From a virus (lineage: Duplodnaviria > Heunggongvirae > Uroviricota > Caudoviricetes), in IMG/VR virus record IMGVR_UViG_2737471829_000005: a DNA stretch of 44,545 bases; one strand, written 5' to 3'. The position numbers and the translations under genes are program-made. Shown here piece after piece: positions 1 through 7,909 of the stretch (its first letter is position 1; every line of letters begins with the position of its first letter). Below the pieces are notes generated by a model. That model saw only the letters and a list, made by a program, of their open reading frames with translations. It searched no databases and was not told where the DNA came from.

Positions 1-22
1 GATTTATAGAATTATATAACCA
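1..22 (+). promoter_or_regulatory. Copy of the recurrent AT-rich motif (ATAGAATTATATAA-like) just upstream of the ParA-like gene; cut by the window start
   Basis: gatttatagaattatataacc matches the core motif seen upstream of several other operons. Confidence 0.35.
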
Positions 23-27
23 AACAC

Positions 28-696
28 ATGGAGTCTCGACAAATGACTATCTCTGTAGGTATTTTCAACGGAAAAGGCGGCGTAACCAAATCAACAATTG
101 CCCGTGCTTTAGCAGTTGCTTATGCAAAGGCTGGCTGGAATGTATGCCTGATCGATATGGATGTGCTTAACGGAACGGTAACGCGTTGGGTACAACGCAG
201 AATGGCCAACAATATCGAACCAGCAATCGCGGCGCAGCCGTGCGGCACACCATCACAAGTCCAGAAAATCATCGAATCAGAAATATACGACCTGGTTATC
301 GTCGATGGCGGTGCCTACGCATCTGAATCAGTACCGAAGCTCTCTGAATTTCTGGATATGGTTATTTTGCCAACCAGATTCTCTACCGATGACCTGGAAA
401 CCACCGTTAACACAGCTCACGGCATCGTTAAAAAGGGTGTACCAATCAAGAAAATTTGCATGGTGTTTTCCGGCGCGGCTGAAAACGAAGCTGACTATAT
501 TGAAGCCCAAGAGTACCTGGCTAATACGCCATACTTTGTTGTCGATAAGTACATTCCCCACAAGCCAGCTCTGAGCAAAGCTCAGGATAAGGGCTTAAGC
601 CTCATTGAGTGCTCATACGTTGCGCCACGCAAAAAGGCAGACGACGTTATTCAGGGGATTATCAACCAGCTTGAGGCTCTGACTACTGCCGCGTAA
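28..696 (+). CDS. ParA/ParF-like partition ATPase; true start may be the Met at 43
   Basis: 222-aa ORF with deviant Walker A GIFNGKGGVTKST; followed by a small RHH-like ORF; GGAG lies 9 nt before the Met at 43. Confidence 0.8.
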   Translation: MESRQMTISVGIFNGKGGVTKSTIARALAVAYAKAGWNVCLIDMDVLNGTVTRWVQRRMANNIEPAIAAQPCGTPSQVQKIIESEIYDLVIVDGGAYASESVPKLSEFLDMVILPTRFSTDDLETTVNTAHGIVKKGVPIKKICMVFSGAAENEADYIEAQEYLANTPYFVVDKYIPHKPALSKAQDKGLSLIECSYVAPRKKADDVIQGIINQLEALTTAA

Positions 697-728
697 TATA
701 TAATTATAGTTTTATAGATTTATATAAG
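696..728 (+). promoter_or_regulatory. AT-rich repeat block between the ParA-like and ParG-like genes; candidate operator or centromere-like site
   Basis: atatataattatag ... tatagatttatataag, two motif-like half sites. Confidence 0.3.
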
Positions 729-739
729 AGGGGATACAC

Positions 740-988
740 ATGGCCGCACCATCAAAACCACCAAAGAAGAACAGCAAAGGCGTACCGCCATCGATCGAAC
801 AACCGCAGGTTTTCGACCCGACTGAAACGCCAACCAGAACCAAATCAGGTGGGGCACAAATGGCGTTTAACGTCGACCCTGAATTTAAACGCGAGTACAA
901 AACGTTCGCCAGCTCAATGGATATGTCATTGAAAGAAGTGCTGACAAAATCTTTTGAGTTACTCAAGGCTCAATACAACCAGAAGTAA
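740..988 (+). CDS. ParG-like small ribbon-helix-helix DNA-binding protein, partner of the ParA-like ATPase
   Basis: 82-aa ORF directly after the ATPase; basic unstructured N-terminus and RHH-like C-terminus. Confidence 0.55.
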   Translation: MAAPSKPPKKNSKGVPPSIEQPQVFDPTETPTRTKSGGAQMAFNVDPEFKREYKTFASSMDMSLKEVLTKSFELLKAQYNQK

Positions 989-1208
989 GAGAAGGTGACG
1001 GCCTCCAGCGCCAACTGTTGGCCGTCGCGACACAACAAGGGGAATTTGTTATGTCCGAGCAACAATATACACGGTTACTAAAAACTCGTCTAATAGACCT
1101 CAAACGGCTGCAAGCTGGTCGCTTATTTGCCCTGCTATCCACCAGGCCAGAATGGGTACGTGAAGCAGTTCTGAAAGGCTTAATGCGCTCAAGCGTTTAA
1201 ATTCAACC

Positions 1209-1233
1209 ATAAAAAAGGCCCCCGAAGGGGCCT
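1209..1233 (-). terminator. Intrinsic terminator; functional on the minus strand, hairpin also present on plus
   Basis: aggcccc-cgaa-ggggcct, 7-bp GC stem, preceded by A6 on plus, giving a U-run on minus. Confidence 0.55.
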
Positions 1234-1238
1234 AATCG

Positions 1239-1361
1239 CTACTTGCTGCTAATGTTTATCGTCACATTCAGAGCGTTATCAGTAATCTTCCAACCCTCCC
1301 CATGTGGCGTAAACAAAGCTCCAGTAACAACGATAAAAATACACATGTAGTATTTTTTCAT
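1239..1361 (-). CDS. Small hydrophobic peptide of about 40 aa (MKKYYMCIFIVVTGALFT...); possible membrane peptide or type I toxin candidate
   Basis: Internal ATG at 1361 with AAGGG RBS 7 nt upstream; hydrophobic N-terminus; terminator directly downstream. Confidence 0.25.
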   Translation of the reverse strand: MKKYYMCIFIVVTGALFTPHGEGWKITDNALNVTINISSK

Positions 1362-1425
1362 TGTGTGGCCCTTACAGGCCGTTTCACGGCATCCCCACCG
1401 ACGAAAATGACGCGAGAGCAAGCAC

Positions 1426-1445
1426 GCTGTTTGTGCCTGCGTGGT
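1426..1445 (+). repeat. Direct repeat copy 1 (gctgtttgtgcctgcgtggt)
   Basis: 19/20 identical to 1676-1695, 250 bp apart, in an ORF-poor region. Confidence 0.5.
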
Positions 1446-1633
1446 ACGGCAAGTGGATAATCCTTTCCTGAAAGTCAGTGCCCGGGTGCGAATCGGCGGA
1501 AAGGCCCCAAGCCATATTACACGTCATACCCTTCATAATGAAGGAATAAAAAACGCTTTTATTACATAAGATTACACGTAAATAAGTTAAAAACCTTCAT
1601 TTTGCATGAGCTAATGAGCTAAATTTTTTTATA

Positions 1634-1651
1634 TGAATAGTGGACTATTCA
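1634..1651. promoter_or_regulatory. Perfect 8-bp inverted repeat tgaatagt-gg-actattca; operator-like
   Basis: Palindrome lying between the two direct repeats. Confidence 0.35.
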
Positions 1652-1675
1652 CCTCAGTTGGGTAAGAATGTAGTT

Positions 1676-1695
1676 GCTGTTTGTGCTTGCGTGGT
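1676..1695 (+). repeat. Direct repeat copy 2 (gctgtttgtgcttgcgtggt)
   Basis: 19/20 identical to 1426-1445. Confidence 0.5.
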
Positions 1696-1751
1696 TGTAT
1701 TAGTACAACGACGTTATGCTGAAAGGACCGCGAATCCGATCAGCACGAAAG

Positions 1752-1779
1752 AACCGTCCTCAAAAGGACGGTTTTTTTG
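1752..1779. terminator. Intrinsic terminator; strong on plus, overlaps the stop of the minus-strand HTH gene
   Basis: aaccgtcc-tcaaaa-ggacggtt followed by T7. Confidence 0.6.
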
Positions 1780-2332
1780 TTTCTCCCCCTTCCTTCCCAA
1801 ATGATTCAAATGTTAATGAGAGTGAATCATTTGATATGTTCGATTTAGCGCCGTTATCGACCCAATTTCTGTATGCTTCATCACAACAGTACCTTACAGC
1901 AGTTGGAGTAACAGGGATGCCGCCCCCAAATGAGAATCCCATTGAGCTAATGCTAACTCTTTCGAATGGCCTATTTCTCAATGCTTCAAACCCCTTGCTA
2001 TTAAAGTAACGCAGCATCAGAGGTAAAAGGTTATCCTCGTCCTGACTGATTGTTCCAGGGAAAAAGTAGTAACCATAACGGTTAAATTCGGGAATAAGAT
2101 TTTCTACCAATGACATGAAATTCACTGGAGTAATATTAAGGGCTGTGAAAGCACCAAAAAGGGCGTCAACTGTTAATACAGACTGCCCGTTCTCTATCTT
2201 TGTCCATGCGTTTGGTGTTTTTCCAGCAGCTTGAGCCAGCACTCCTTGATGCACACCTCTTTCTAGCCTAAGTTCTTTTATGATCATTAGGTGAATTGTT
2301 GAAAAACATGAGTTTTTTGACTGTTCAATCAT
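1760..2332 (-). CDS. HTH (XRE-like) transcriptional regulator with C-terminal domain, divergent from the antirepressor operon; candidate immunity repressor
   Basis: 190-aa ORF; N-terminal helix-turn-helix-like segment LAQAAGKTPNAWTKIENGQS. Confidence 0.55.
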   Translation of the reverse strand: MIEQSKNSCFSTIHLMIIKELRLERGVHQGVLAQAAGKTPNAWTKIENGQSVLTVDALFGAFTALNITPVNFMSLVENLIPEFNRYGYYFFPGTISQDEDNLLPLMLRYFNSKGFEALRNRPFERVSISSMGFSFGGGIPVTPTAVRYCCDEAYRNWVDNGAKSNISNDSLSLTFESFGKEGGETKKPSF

Positions 2333-2514
2333 TTTTTATCCCCATACTGAATTTTTTCTTGTTCCCGAATTTAACAAAATTCCACAACTCAGGACTGATT
2401 GATTCCTTACAGGAACTATACATTCCCATTTTTAGCATATCAAGAAAATTAAAAGCCCCGCATTCAAACCCACACTATGTGGTTGTCTCTGTTAAAATCC
2501 CGCCGTATTGACAT

Positions 2515-2616
2515 AAATGCGCCATTGGTGGACACTTTCCGAGCCGTAGCAAAATCTACGGCCGGGATTAGCCTCCTGAATAACACGATGGCGCATACCG
2601 CGTTAGCGGTTTTTTT
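2515..2616 (+). ncRNA. Candidate small regulatory RNA upstream of the small ORF and antirepressor (P1 c4-like position)
   Basis: TTGACA at 2508-2513; internal hairpin gccgtag...ctacggc; terminator-like hairpin plus T-run at 2597-2616; the -10 is poor. Confidence 0.25.
2597..2616 (+). terminator. Short intrinsic-terminator-like hairpin with T-run
   Basis: accgc-gtta-gcggt followed by T6. Confidence 0.4.
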
Positions 2617-2778
2617 ATGCGTAGAGCACTGTTACGCCCAAATTATGGTGGGTCGTACAGGGGCGGAGAAATCCGCGCCGGTTCGTCATTGTGTCCGGTA
2701 AGGCTAACCCTGTACGGCTCACCACCATTTGATTAGCCTCGAATGGCGGTGATAGTTCCATATACTGGAGATATCACA

Positions 2779-2970
2779 ATGACAAACCTACCCCATGACT
2801 ATTACGTCAACCTCGTAAAGATCCTTCTCAAGAAAGCCTCATACGCCGATAAATTCCGCCTGGCTGAAATCATCGAGCGCGAAGCTATGCGCATCGCCAG
2901 CAACGATAACGCTGTTTCTGACGCAAAAATCTCCCTCGTAACCAAAGTAGTTATGGGAGGTGCAAAATGA
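2779..2970 (+). CDS. Small protein (63 aa) overlapping the antirepressor start; Icd-like position
   Basis: ATG at 2779 with GGAG 8 nt upstream; stop overlaps the antirepressor ATG (ATGA). Confidence 0.45.
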   Translation: MTNLPHDYYVNLVKILLKKASYADKFRLAEIIEREAMRIASNDNAVSDAKISLVTKVVMGGAK

Positions 2971-4112
2971 AAACGCTTCCGACCGTTAACACCCTACAGC
3001 CTATCCTGCATAACCAAATCCCTGTCATTACTACCGAGTTACTAGCACAGCTTTACGGCACTGAGCCGGTGCGTATTCGCCAGAATCATCATGAGAACAA
3101 AGCACGTTTCGTTGAAGGGAAACACTTTTTCAAAGTTGTTGGTAATGACCTTAAAGAATTGCGGGTAGCTTTAAACTACTCTCAAAATCCAGTTTCACCT
3201 AAAGTCCGCTCCCTCATCCTCTGGACAGAACGCGGGGCTGCACGTCACGCTAAAATGCTCGAAACCGATCAGGCGTGGGATGTATTCGAACGGCTGGAAG
3301 ACTGCTACTTCAACCAGAACGCGCAAACGGCCGCGACCGTAACCGTCTCACCAAACAATGCTCGTGAGGTTGTCGATACGCTCAACGCTAAACCAATGTA
3401 TTACATTAAGGTGTGCAACAACGAGCCACTCACAACCTCAGCCGATGTTGCCCAGGCATTCAGCACCACAAACAATTCCATCGTTATGGCCATCGATGCG
3501 TTACGCATTCCTCGCACAGCTGCGGCGCGTCACTTCTTTAAAGAGCAACGACCGCTGGAAGGAAGCGACCGCGAAATAACAATCTATCGCATGACAAAAG
3601 ACGGATTTACCTTGCTCATGGAGAGCATCGACGGTCCAAGCGTGAAAGATATCAAGCTGGCCTACATTGAAGCCTTTAACGCTATCAGCAGCGTGTTAAA
3701 AACACAGTACGAGCGTGATCTGGCTAAACGACTATACCAGGAAAAAACGATTATCCGCGCGGCAACAGAGCATAATCGGCTATTAACGGAACCGAACTAC
3801 AGGAAGGAACTAATCAAGGAGTTTGACAAGGCAACAGGGAAAACCAAAGCGGCGCTAAGTCTGCCAGCAATGACTCAGGAAAATGTGATATCAGCCTTAC
3901 TTCTTGATCTGCTCAGAAACGCCAGAGCACTTATCAGCTTTGACGAAAACCTGAATCCTCAGCTCAAGCTACTACCACCGACAGGCAAAGTAGTCGACCA
4001 AGCAGATCACAACAGCATACTCAGCGTACTGGATGCAAACCTGCCAGCCAGGACACTACAGGATCTGATAAAAACATGTGCTGATAAGCTGGCACAGAAA
4101 AGCAGACCATAA
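2967..4112 (+). CDS. Phage antirepressor (Ant-like; ORF6N/AntA-type N-terminal domain)
   Basis: 381-aa ORF; N-terminal region typical of antirepressor/Rha-type proteins; terminator directly downstream. Confidence 0.65.
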   Translation: MKTLPTVNTLQPILHNQIPVITTELLAQLYGTEPVRIRQNHHENKARFVEGKHFFKVVGNDLKELRVALNYSQNPVSPKVRSLILWTERGAARHAKMLETDQAWDVFERLEDCYFNQNAQTAATVTVSPNNAREVVDTLNAKPMYYIKVCNNEPLTTSADVAQAFSTTNNSIVMAIDALRIPRTAAARHFFKEQRPLEGSDREITIYRMTKDGFTLLMESIDGPSVKDIKLAYIEAFNAISSVLKTQYERDLAKRLYQEKTIIRAATEHNRLLTEPNYRKELIKEFDKATGKTKAALSLPAMTQENVISALLLDLLRNARALISFDENLNPQLKLLPPTGKVVDQADHNSILSVLDANLPARTLQDLIKTCADKLAQKSRP

Positions 4113-4116
4113 CTAC

Positions 4117-4149
4117 AAGGGGCTACGGCCCCTTACTCTTTTCTCTCTT
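4117..4149 (+). terminator. Intrinsic terminator ending the antirepressor operon
   Basis: aaggggc-tacg-gcccctt followed by a T-rich tract. Confidence 0.6.
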
Positions 4150-4850
4150 ATCAACACCAGAGACTTTCTGAAAATCCTTTCGAATAGCGTCAGCGTCACG
4201 CGCCAAGCCCATACTCGAACGTGTCGCCATATGACGAAAATGATCAACTGCCGGAAACAAAGAAATAATGGACCCAATAGCTTGCAGCAAACTCGCTTTT
4301 CTACGCATCATAATTCCACCATAACCGATAGCCACCCTTCAGACACAACCCCCCCTCCCCCCATACAGGGTGCCCTTTACCGGAGTTCCGGCCCCTTCTC
4401 AAAAGCATCAAAAAAAGCTCGAGATCGAGTACCGGAACTCATGCCACCAGATAGCTCCACATCGTTTCCAATGCTTCGCCGCCGTGTGCGCCCTGTGGCC
4501 CACAATCATGCCATTGGTCGTCTGATATACCTTCTTCTGCTCATTGAGCACAGGCGAGTTGTCGCACTCCTGCCTTTCTCAGACTCGACTTAGTTTAGAT
4601 CGCTGTTCCTAGCTTGCGTCAGCACACTTTCCCCTTGTACGCATACCCGCGCGCCACTCCGCCCAAAAACACCGAACCCAACGAAGTGGCAAAGACAACG
4701 ACGCGAGCGTGAGTCTGAAACAGGCACCAGTAAAAAAGGGGTTGCAGGCGCAAAAAGATTTGATTATCTTTAGACGCAAGAAAGCCGCCCCAATCAAGAG
4801 GTGTCTTTTTAAATCCAGCCTACCAAGCAAGATTTAAATTTCAGACTGAA

Positions 4851-4880
4851 AACCGCCCGGCAAGGCGGTTTTTGTCTTTC
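4851..4880. terminator. Intrinsic terminator, likely bidirectional
   Basis: aaccgcc-cggcaa-ggcggtt with T-run on plus and A-run upstream. Confidence 0.6.
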
Positions 4881-4921
4881 TGGCGCTTACATTACACCAC
4901 CATAAAACGATCCGTAAAGGA

Positions 4922-5194
4922 TCATTTGATCCCTTGTTCCAATTCTGACGACACTTTAACCTTTTCCCATACAAGGGTTTGCAGCCTTAACAGAATCGCA
5001 TCTTTATCAAGGTGTGAAAGATCCTTAACCATATCGTCAAACGACAGAACGCGAATGGCCATCTCAATGACCCTCGGCGGCTCCCCCTTCTCATATCGCT
5101 TATATGTAGCCAACGATATCCCAAATTCTTCGGCGGCTCGCTCCTGCGTCCAGTTCATCCCACGACGCCATAATTTCAATTCATAACCCGTCAT
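4922..5194 (-). CDS. HTH (XRE-family) DNA-binding protein
   Basis: ATG at 5194 with AGGAGG RBS; HTH motif WTQERAAEEFGISLATYKRYEKG. Confidence 0.65.
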   Translation of the reverse strand: MTGYELKLWRRGMNWTQERAAEEFGISLATYKRYEKGEPPRVIEMAIRVLSFDDMVKDLSHLDKDAILLRLQTLVWEKVKVSSELEQGIK

Positions 5195-5222
5195 AGCATC
5201 CTCCTCGCACAATATTAACACT

Positions 5223-5249
5223 CGCAAAGTGTCAAAATGACACTTTGCG
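5223..5249. promoter_or_regulatory. Perfect 12-bp inverted repeat cgcaaagtgtca-aaa-tgacactttgcg between the 126-aa gene and the HTH gene; operator or attenuator hairpin
   Basis: Palindrome read directly; sits in a 60-bp intergenic gap. Confidence 0.5.
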
Positions 5250-5257
5250 CATTGTGT

Positions 5258-5638
5258 TTACTTAACGAGGAATAAAAATGGTTTATTGTTCGGCGGTGTA
5301 ATCGGGGCTGGCTCGCTTTTGCTCATGCGATCAGTGTACCAGGCCAGCTCCTTGTCAAAGTAAGCCTGATTAAAATAGGCCATGAATGTAGTTTCAAATC
5401 CATAACGACCGCTAATACGCAGCATCTGATTGCCGTTCTCTGTTTCCAGATATACCTGGGCACGTTCCTGATTCTCCTTCAGCCAGGTTAAAGCCTCATC
5501 GCACGAGGACACACGGTACTCATCATCGTAGCCGTCATCGATGCGGCTTGAAGAAGAACGGCAAATCACGCCAACAGAACCAGCCAGGATAGTTTGAATT
5601 TTAAGGAAAGCATTTTTGCGGATTTTAATCATGCTCAT
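5258..5638 (-). CDS. Hypothetical protein (126 aa), first gene behind conserved leader cassette A
   Basis: ORF begins directly at the conserved leader RBS. Confidence 0.5.
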   Translation of the reverse strand: MSMIKIRKNAFLKIQTILAGSVGVICRSSSSRIDDGYDDEYRVSSCDEALTWLKENQERAQVYLETENGNQMLRISGRYGFETTFMAYFNQAYFDKELAWYTDRMSKSEPAPITPPNNKPFLFLVK

Positions 5639-5755
5639 CGGGTTATCTCCGGTTTAACCAGGGCGGGTATCGCTCGGTTTCGGTTATAACCTTAGGAAAT
5701 TTTTTCCCACCTGTAAAGCATTTTTTATATAAATATATAATTATATAATTCTATG
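5639..5755 (-). repeat. Conserved promoter-leader cassette, copy A
   Basis: More than 90% identical to 37715-37823 and 44444-44545; holds the AT-rich motif, a TTTACA hexamer, GGGAAAAAATTTCC, and a leader ending at GGAG and ATG. Confidence 0.8.
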
Positions 5756-5801
5756 AGCACAAAAAAGCCCCTTTGCAACAGGGGCTTATCATTCGTTCTG
5801 A

Positions 5802-6101
5802 TCAGATGTTAAACGCTATTCGTTTTCCTGTGGGAAGCTCAACATCCAGGCTTAATTTGCCTCCCATAGCTTCAACGTAACGCTTTAATGTCGCCAGCTT
5901 TAAATCATTTCCGCGCTGCTCCAGCTTTGTTACTGCTGGCTGGCTTATACCCATCGCCTCAGCAACCTGTTTTTGTGATAACTGGAGTTCTTCACGCATC
6001 ATCTGCAAGCCGACCTCAAGAATCATCTCATCTGCCATTTCTTTAATTCGCGCCTGGCTTTCAGGTGAACGGCTGGCAATCACCTCATCTAATGTTCTCA
6101 T
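5802..6101 (-). CDS. HTH (XRE-type) antitoxin, HigA-like
   Basis: 99-aa ORF with HTH motif; overlaps the upstream toxin-like gene by 1 nt. Confidence 0.7.
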   Translation of the reverse strand: MRTLDEVIASRSPESQARIKEMADEMILEVGLQMMREELQLSQKQVAEAMGISQPAVTKLEQRGNDLKLATLKRYVEAMGGKLSLDVELPTGKRIAFNI

Positions 6102-6448
6102 TACTTGCTCTCCAGTGTGTTCAGATGTGCTGCAAACTCATCCTCAGCTATACGCACCAGTTTTTCATAAAACCGTTTATCGTTACTTTTGTCTCCTGCA
6201 CAAAGAACGATGGCCCGGCGAATCGGATCGAACGCATAAAAGGCTCTTATCGGACGGCCAGAAAACTGAACGCGAAGCTCTTTCATATTTTTGTACCGAG
6301 AACCTTTTACGGTATCGGCATATGGCCTGGGTAACTCAGGTCCGTAAACCTGTAGCTTTTTCAAATCAGCCAAAACCTTTTCCTGAAGAGCGTCTTCTTG
6401 CTCATTTAGCCAGTCGTCAAATCGCTGGCTAAAAAGTACCGTCCACAT
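6101..6448 (-). CDS. RelE/HigB-superfamily toxin (Gp49-like addiction-module killer)
   Basis: About 115 aa; toxin-first order with HTH antitoxin downstream; ATG at 6448 (the ORF track start at 6454 is TTG). Confidence 0.65.
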   Translation of the reverse strand: MWTVLFSQRFDDWLNEQEDALQEKVLADLKKLQVYGPELPRPYADTVKGSRYKNMKELRVQFSGRPIRAFYAFDPIRRAIVLCAGDKSNDKRFYEKLVRIAEDEFAAHLNTLESK

Positions 6449-6456
6449 GCTCAATC

Positions 6457-6503
6457 CTATAACCTGTAGTTTATATCACTAACTATATAACCTGTGGGTT
6501 ATA
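6457..6503. promoter_or_regulatory. Operator-like repeats upstream of the toxin-antitoxin operon
   Basis: Direct repeat tataacctgt twice plus inverted repeat tataacc-tgtg-ggttata, overlapping the toxin RBS region. Confidence 0.45.
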
Positions 6504-6692
6504 ATTTCAAGAAAAACGGGGCTATTTAACATAATGGACGTTATCGGCACCACCGGATCACCGTTCATTGTCGGATCTAAAAAATCCGCTCAAAAGATCA
6601 TGTTTTCCTGGGCGTTTTCCACCGTTTTTTATGTTGCTTATTTGTTAATGAAATCTCGTTTTCAGTTTCGCCTCATTTTCGACGCGAAAGCC

Positions 6693-6968
6693 CTATTTTT
6701 GTGACTTTACTCCTGGCATATGGACTTCCCAGCGACGAATCCCCATAGCTGCGCAAAAATCAGCCACATAATTCAATCCCGCCCATTCGCGGATACCACC
6801 ACGGGCTTTTTCAATGAAAACGGCAATCCCTTTTTTATTGAGAGCAAAAAGCCGCCAGCTTTTTGTCACTTCGTCCTGGGTAGCCACAACACAAGTGAAA
6901 GCTCCCATGCGATACAGGTCCAAGAACTCTTTGCGTGTTTTGCGTACAAGTTCCATAACAAACCTCAT
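6693..6968 (-). CDS. Hypothetical protein; start ambiguous (6968 or 6956)
   Basis: ORF coupled to the upstream gene. Confidence 0.4.
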   Translation of the reverse strand: MRFVMELVRKTRKEFLDLYRMGAFTCVVATQDEVTKSWRLFALNKKGIAVFIEKARGGIREWAGLNYVADFCAAMGIRRWEVHMPGVKSQK

Positions 6969-6979
6969 ATTTGCATGTT

Positions 6980-7267
6980 TCAAACATCTGTTTTGTTATC
7001 AATGAAGATTAACCCTAACCCAGCGAAGTAACACAGCAGCGCCCAGGCTGCATACGGAATGCTGGATCTGGATGTGGACTCCTTTAACATCTGCCAATTG
7101 CGAACATTGCGACTATCTTTTAAGCCAAGTTTTTTGGCCAACTGCGAGCCGCTCATTCCGGTCAGGCCAATGACTGCCCGAACTTCTCCACATGTAGGAG
7201 ACTCCCATTCATCCGCTTTTTTTAAACAAGCCGGATTCAACATTTTTAAAACAGTATCTTTATCCAT
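6980..7267 (-). CDS. Small HTH-like protein with C-terminal hydrophobic segment (candidate membrane-anchored DNA-binding protein)
   Basis: HTH-like LTGMSGSQLAKKLGL and C-terminal IPYAAWALLCYFAGLGLIF; ATG at 7267 with GGAGA RBS. Confidence 0.4.
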   Translation of the reverse strand: MDKDTVLKMLNPACLKKADEWESPTCGEVRAVIGLTGMSGSQLAKKLGLKDSRNVRNWQMLKESTSRSSIPYAAWALLCYFAGLGLIFIDNKTDV

Positions 7268-7513
7268 AACCATCTCCATTTATTATATCTACGATGGTAG
7301 GAAATCTTTTCCTATGTGGCAATAGAAATTTACTACATTGCGTATAAGACAACTTTTCTATGTCTAATAGGAAATGATGTTTCTTACGTTTTATCGCGTT
7401 CTGATGGCTACTGTGTGCGTATTTATCGACGTTTATTGATAAGGCTCCCCCTTCCTCCTGCAAAGCCCGGCCGTAGGCCTTATTTCGTCCTTATATAAAT
7501 TGATTTTGTATAG

Positions 7514-7625
7514 TTCGAAACGTGCCGTTTCGAAAAGGATGATCAGGCTACTCCATGCCTCCGGCAAGTGCCGGAGGAGGTATATTTGAGCGTAGCGACT
7601 CGAACCGGCGCGAGCTTTAGCTCGC
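7514..7625. other. Cluster of three palindromic hairpins downstream of repA
   Basis: ttcgaaacg-tgc-cgtttcgaa (7514-7534), cctccggc-aagt-gccggagg (7558-7577), gcgagct-tt-agctcgc (7610-7625). Confidence 0.4.
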
Positions 7626-7629
7626 TGCA

Positions 7630-7909
7630 AGGGCGAACATATTCACAGGCAAAGCCTGCGTAAGTTAAATAAAGAAAGTTTTAATAAAAGAAAGTGATTT
7701 TGCATTTATTTGTTTAGTGCATCTATTATAAAAAACCATTTGCATATACATATCAAAACTGTGGATAACTTGATTAGTTGATACCTGTAAAGGCGATATT
7801 TTTGCTGAGTTCAGGTTTAGAGAAAATTAATTTAGCTTGTTTTTTGAACAGCTATTTTTTTGCGACGTAGATAATCCTCCGGTAAAACCGGATTCATCAT
7901 TCAGGTGAG
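7630..7909. other. Candidate vegetative origin (oriV) of the IncFII-type replicon
   Basis: AT-rich ORF-free tract just downstream of repA with a perfect DnaA box and repeated ttgcat elements. Confidence 0.45.
7760..7768 (-). promoter_or_regulatory. DnaA box, perfect consensus TTATCCACA on the minus strand
   Basis: tgtggataa on plus. Confidence 0.5.

Larger units (their letters stand above)
1676..1779 (+). ncRNA. Candidate small RNA of about 100 nt ending at a strong intrinsic terminator
   Basis: No credible ORF; begins at the conserved repeat and ends at the terminator at 1752-1779; promoter not identified. Confidence 0.2.

Noticed and set aside
2477-2701. 74-aa plus-strand ORF upstream of the antirepressor operon
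   Set aside because: It spans the putative small-RNA terminator and hairpins and has no RBS. A non-coding regulatory region is more likely.
4078-4593. 171-aa plus-strand ORF after the antirepressor
   Set aside because: It starts inside the antirepressor gene, runs through a strong terminator, and is low-complexity and Pro-rich with no RBS context. It is treated as non-coding sequence.
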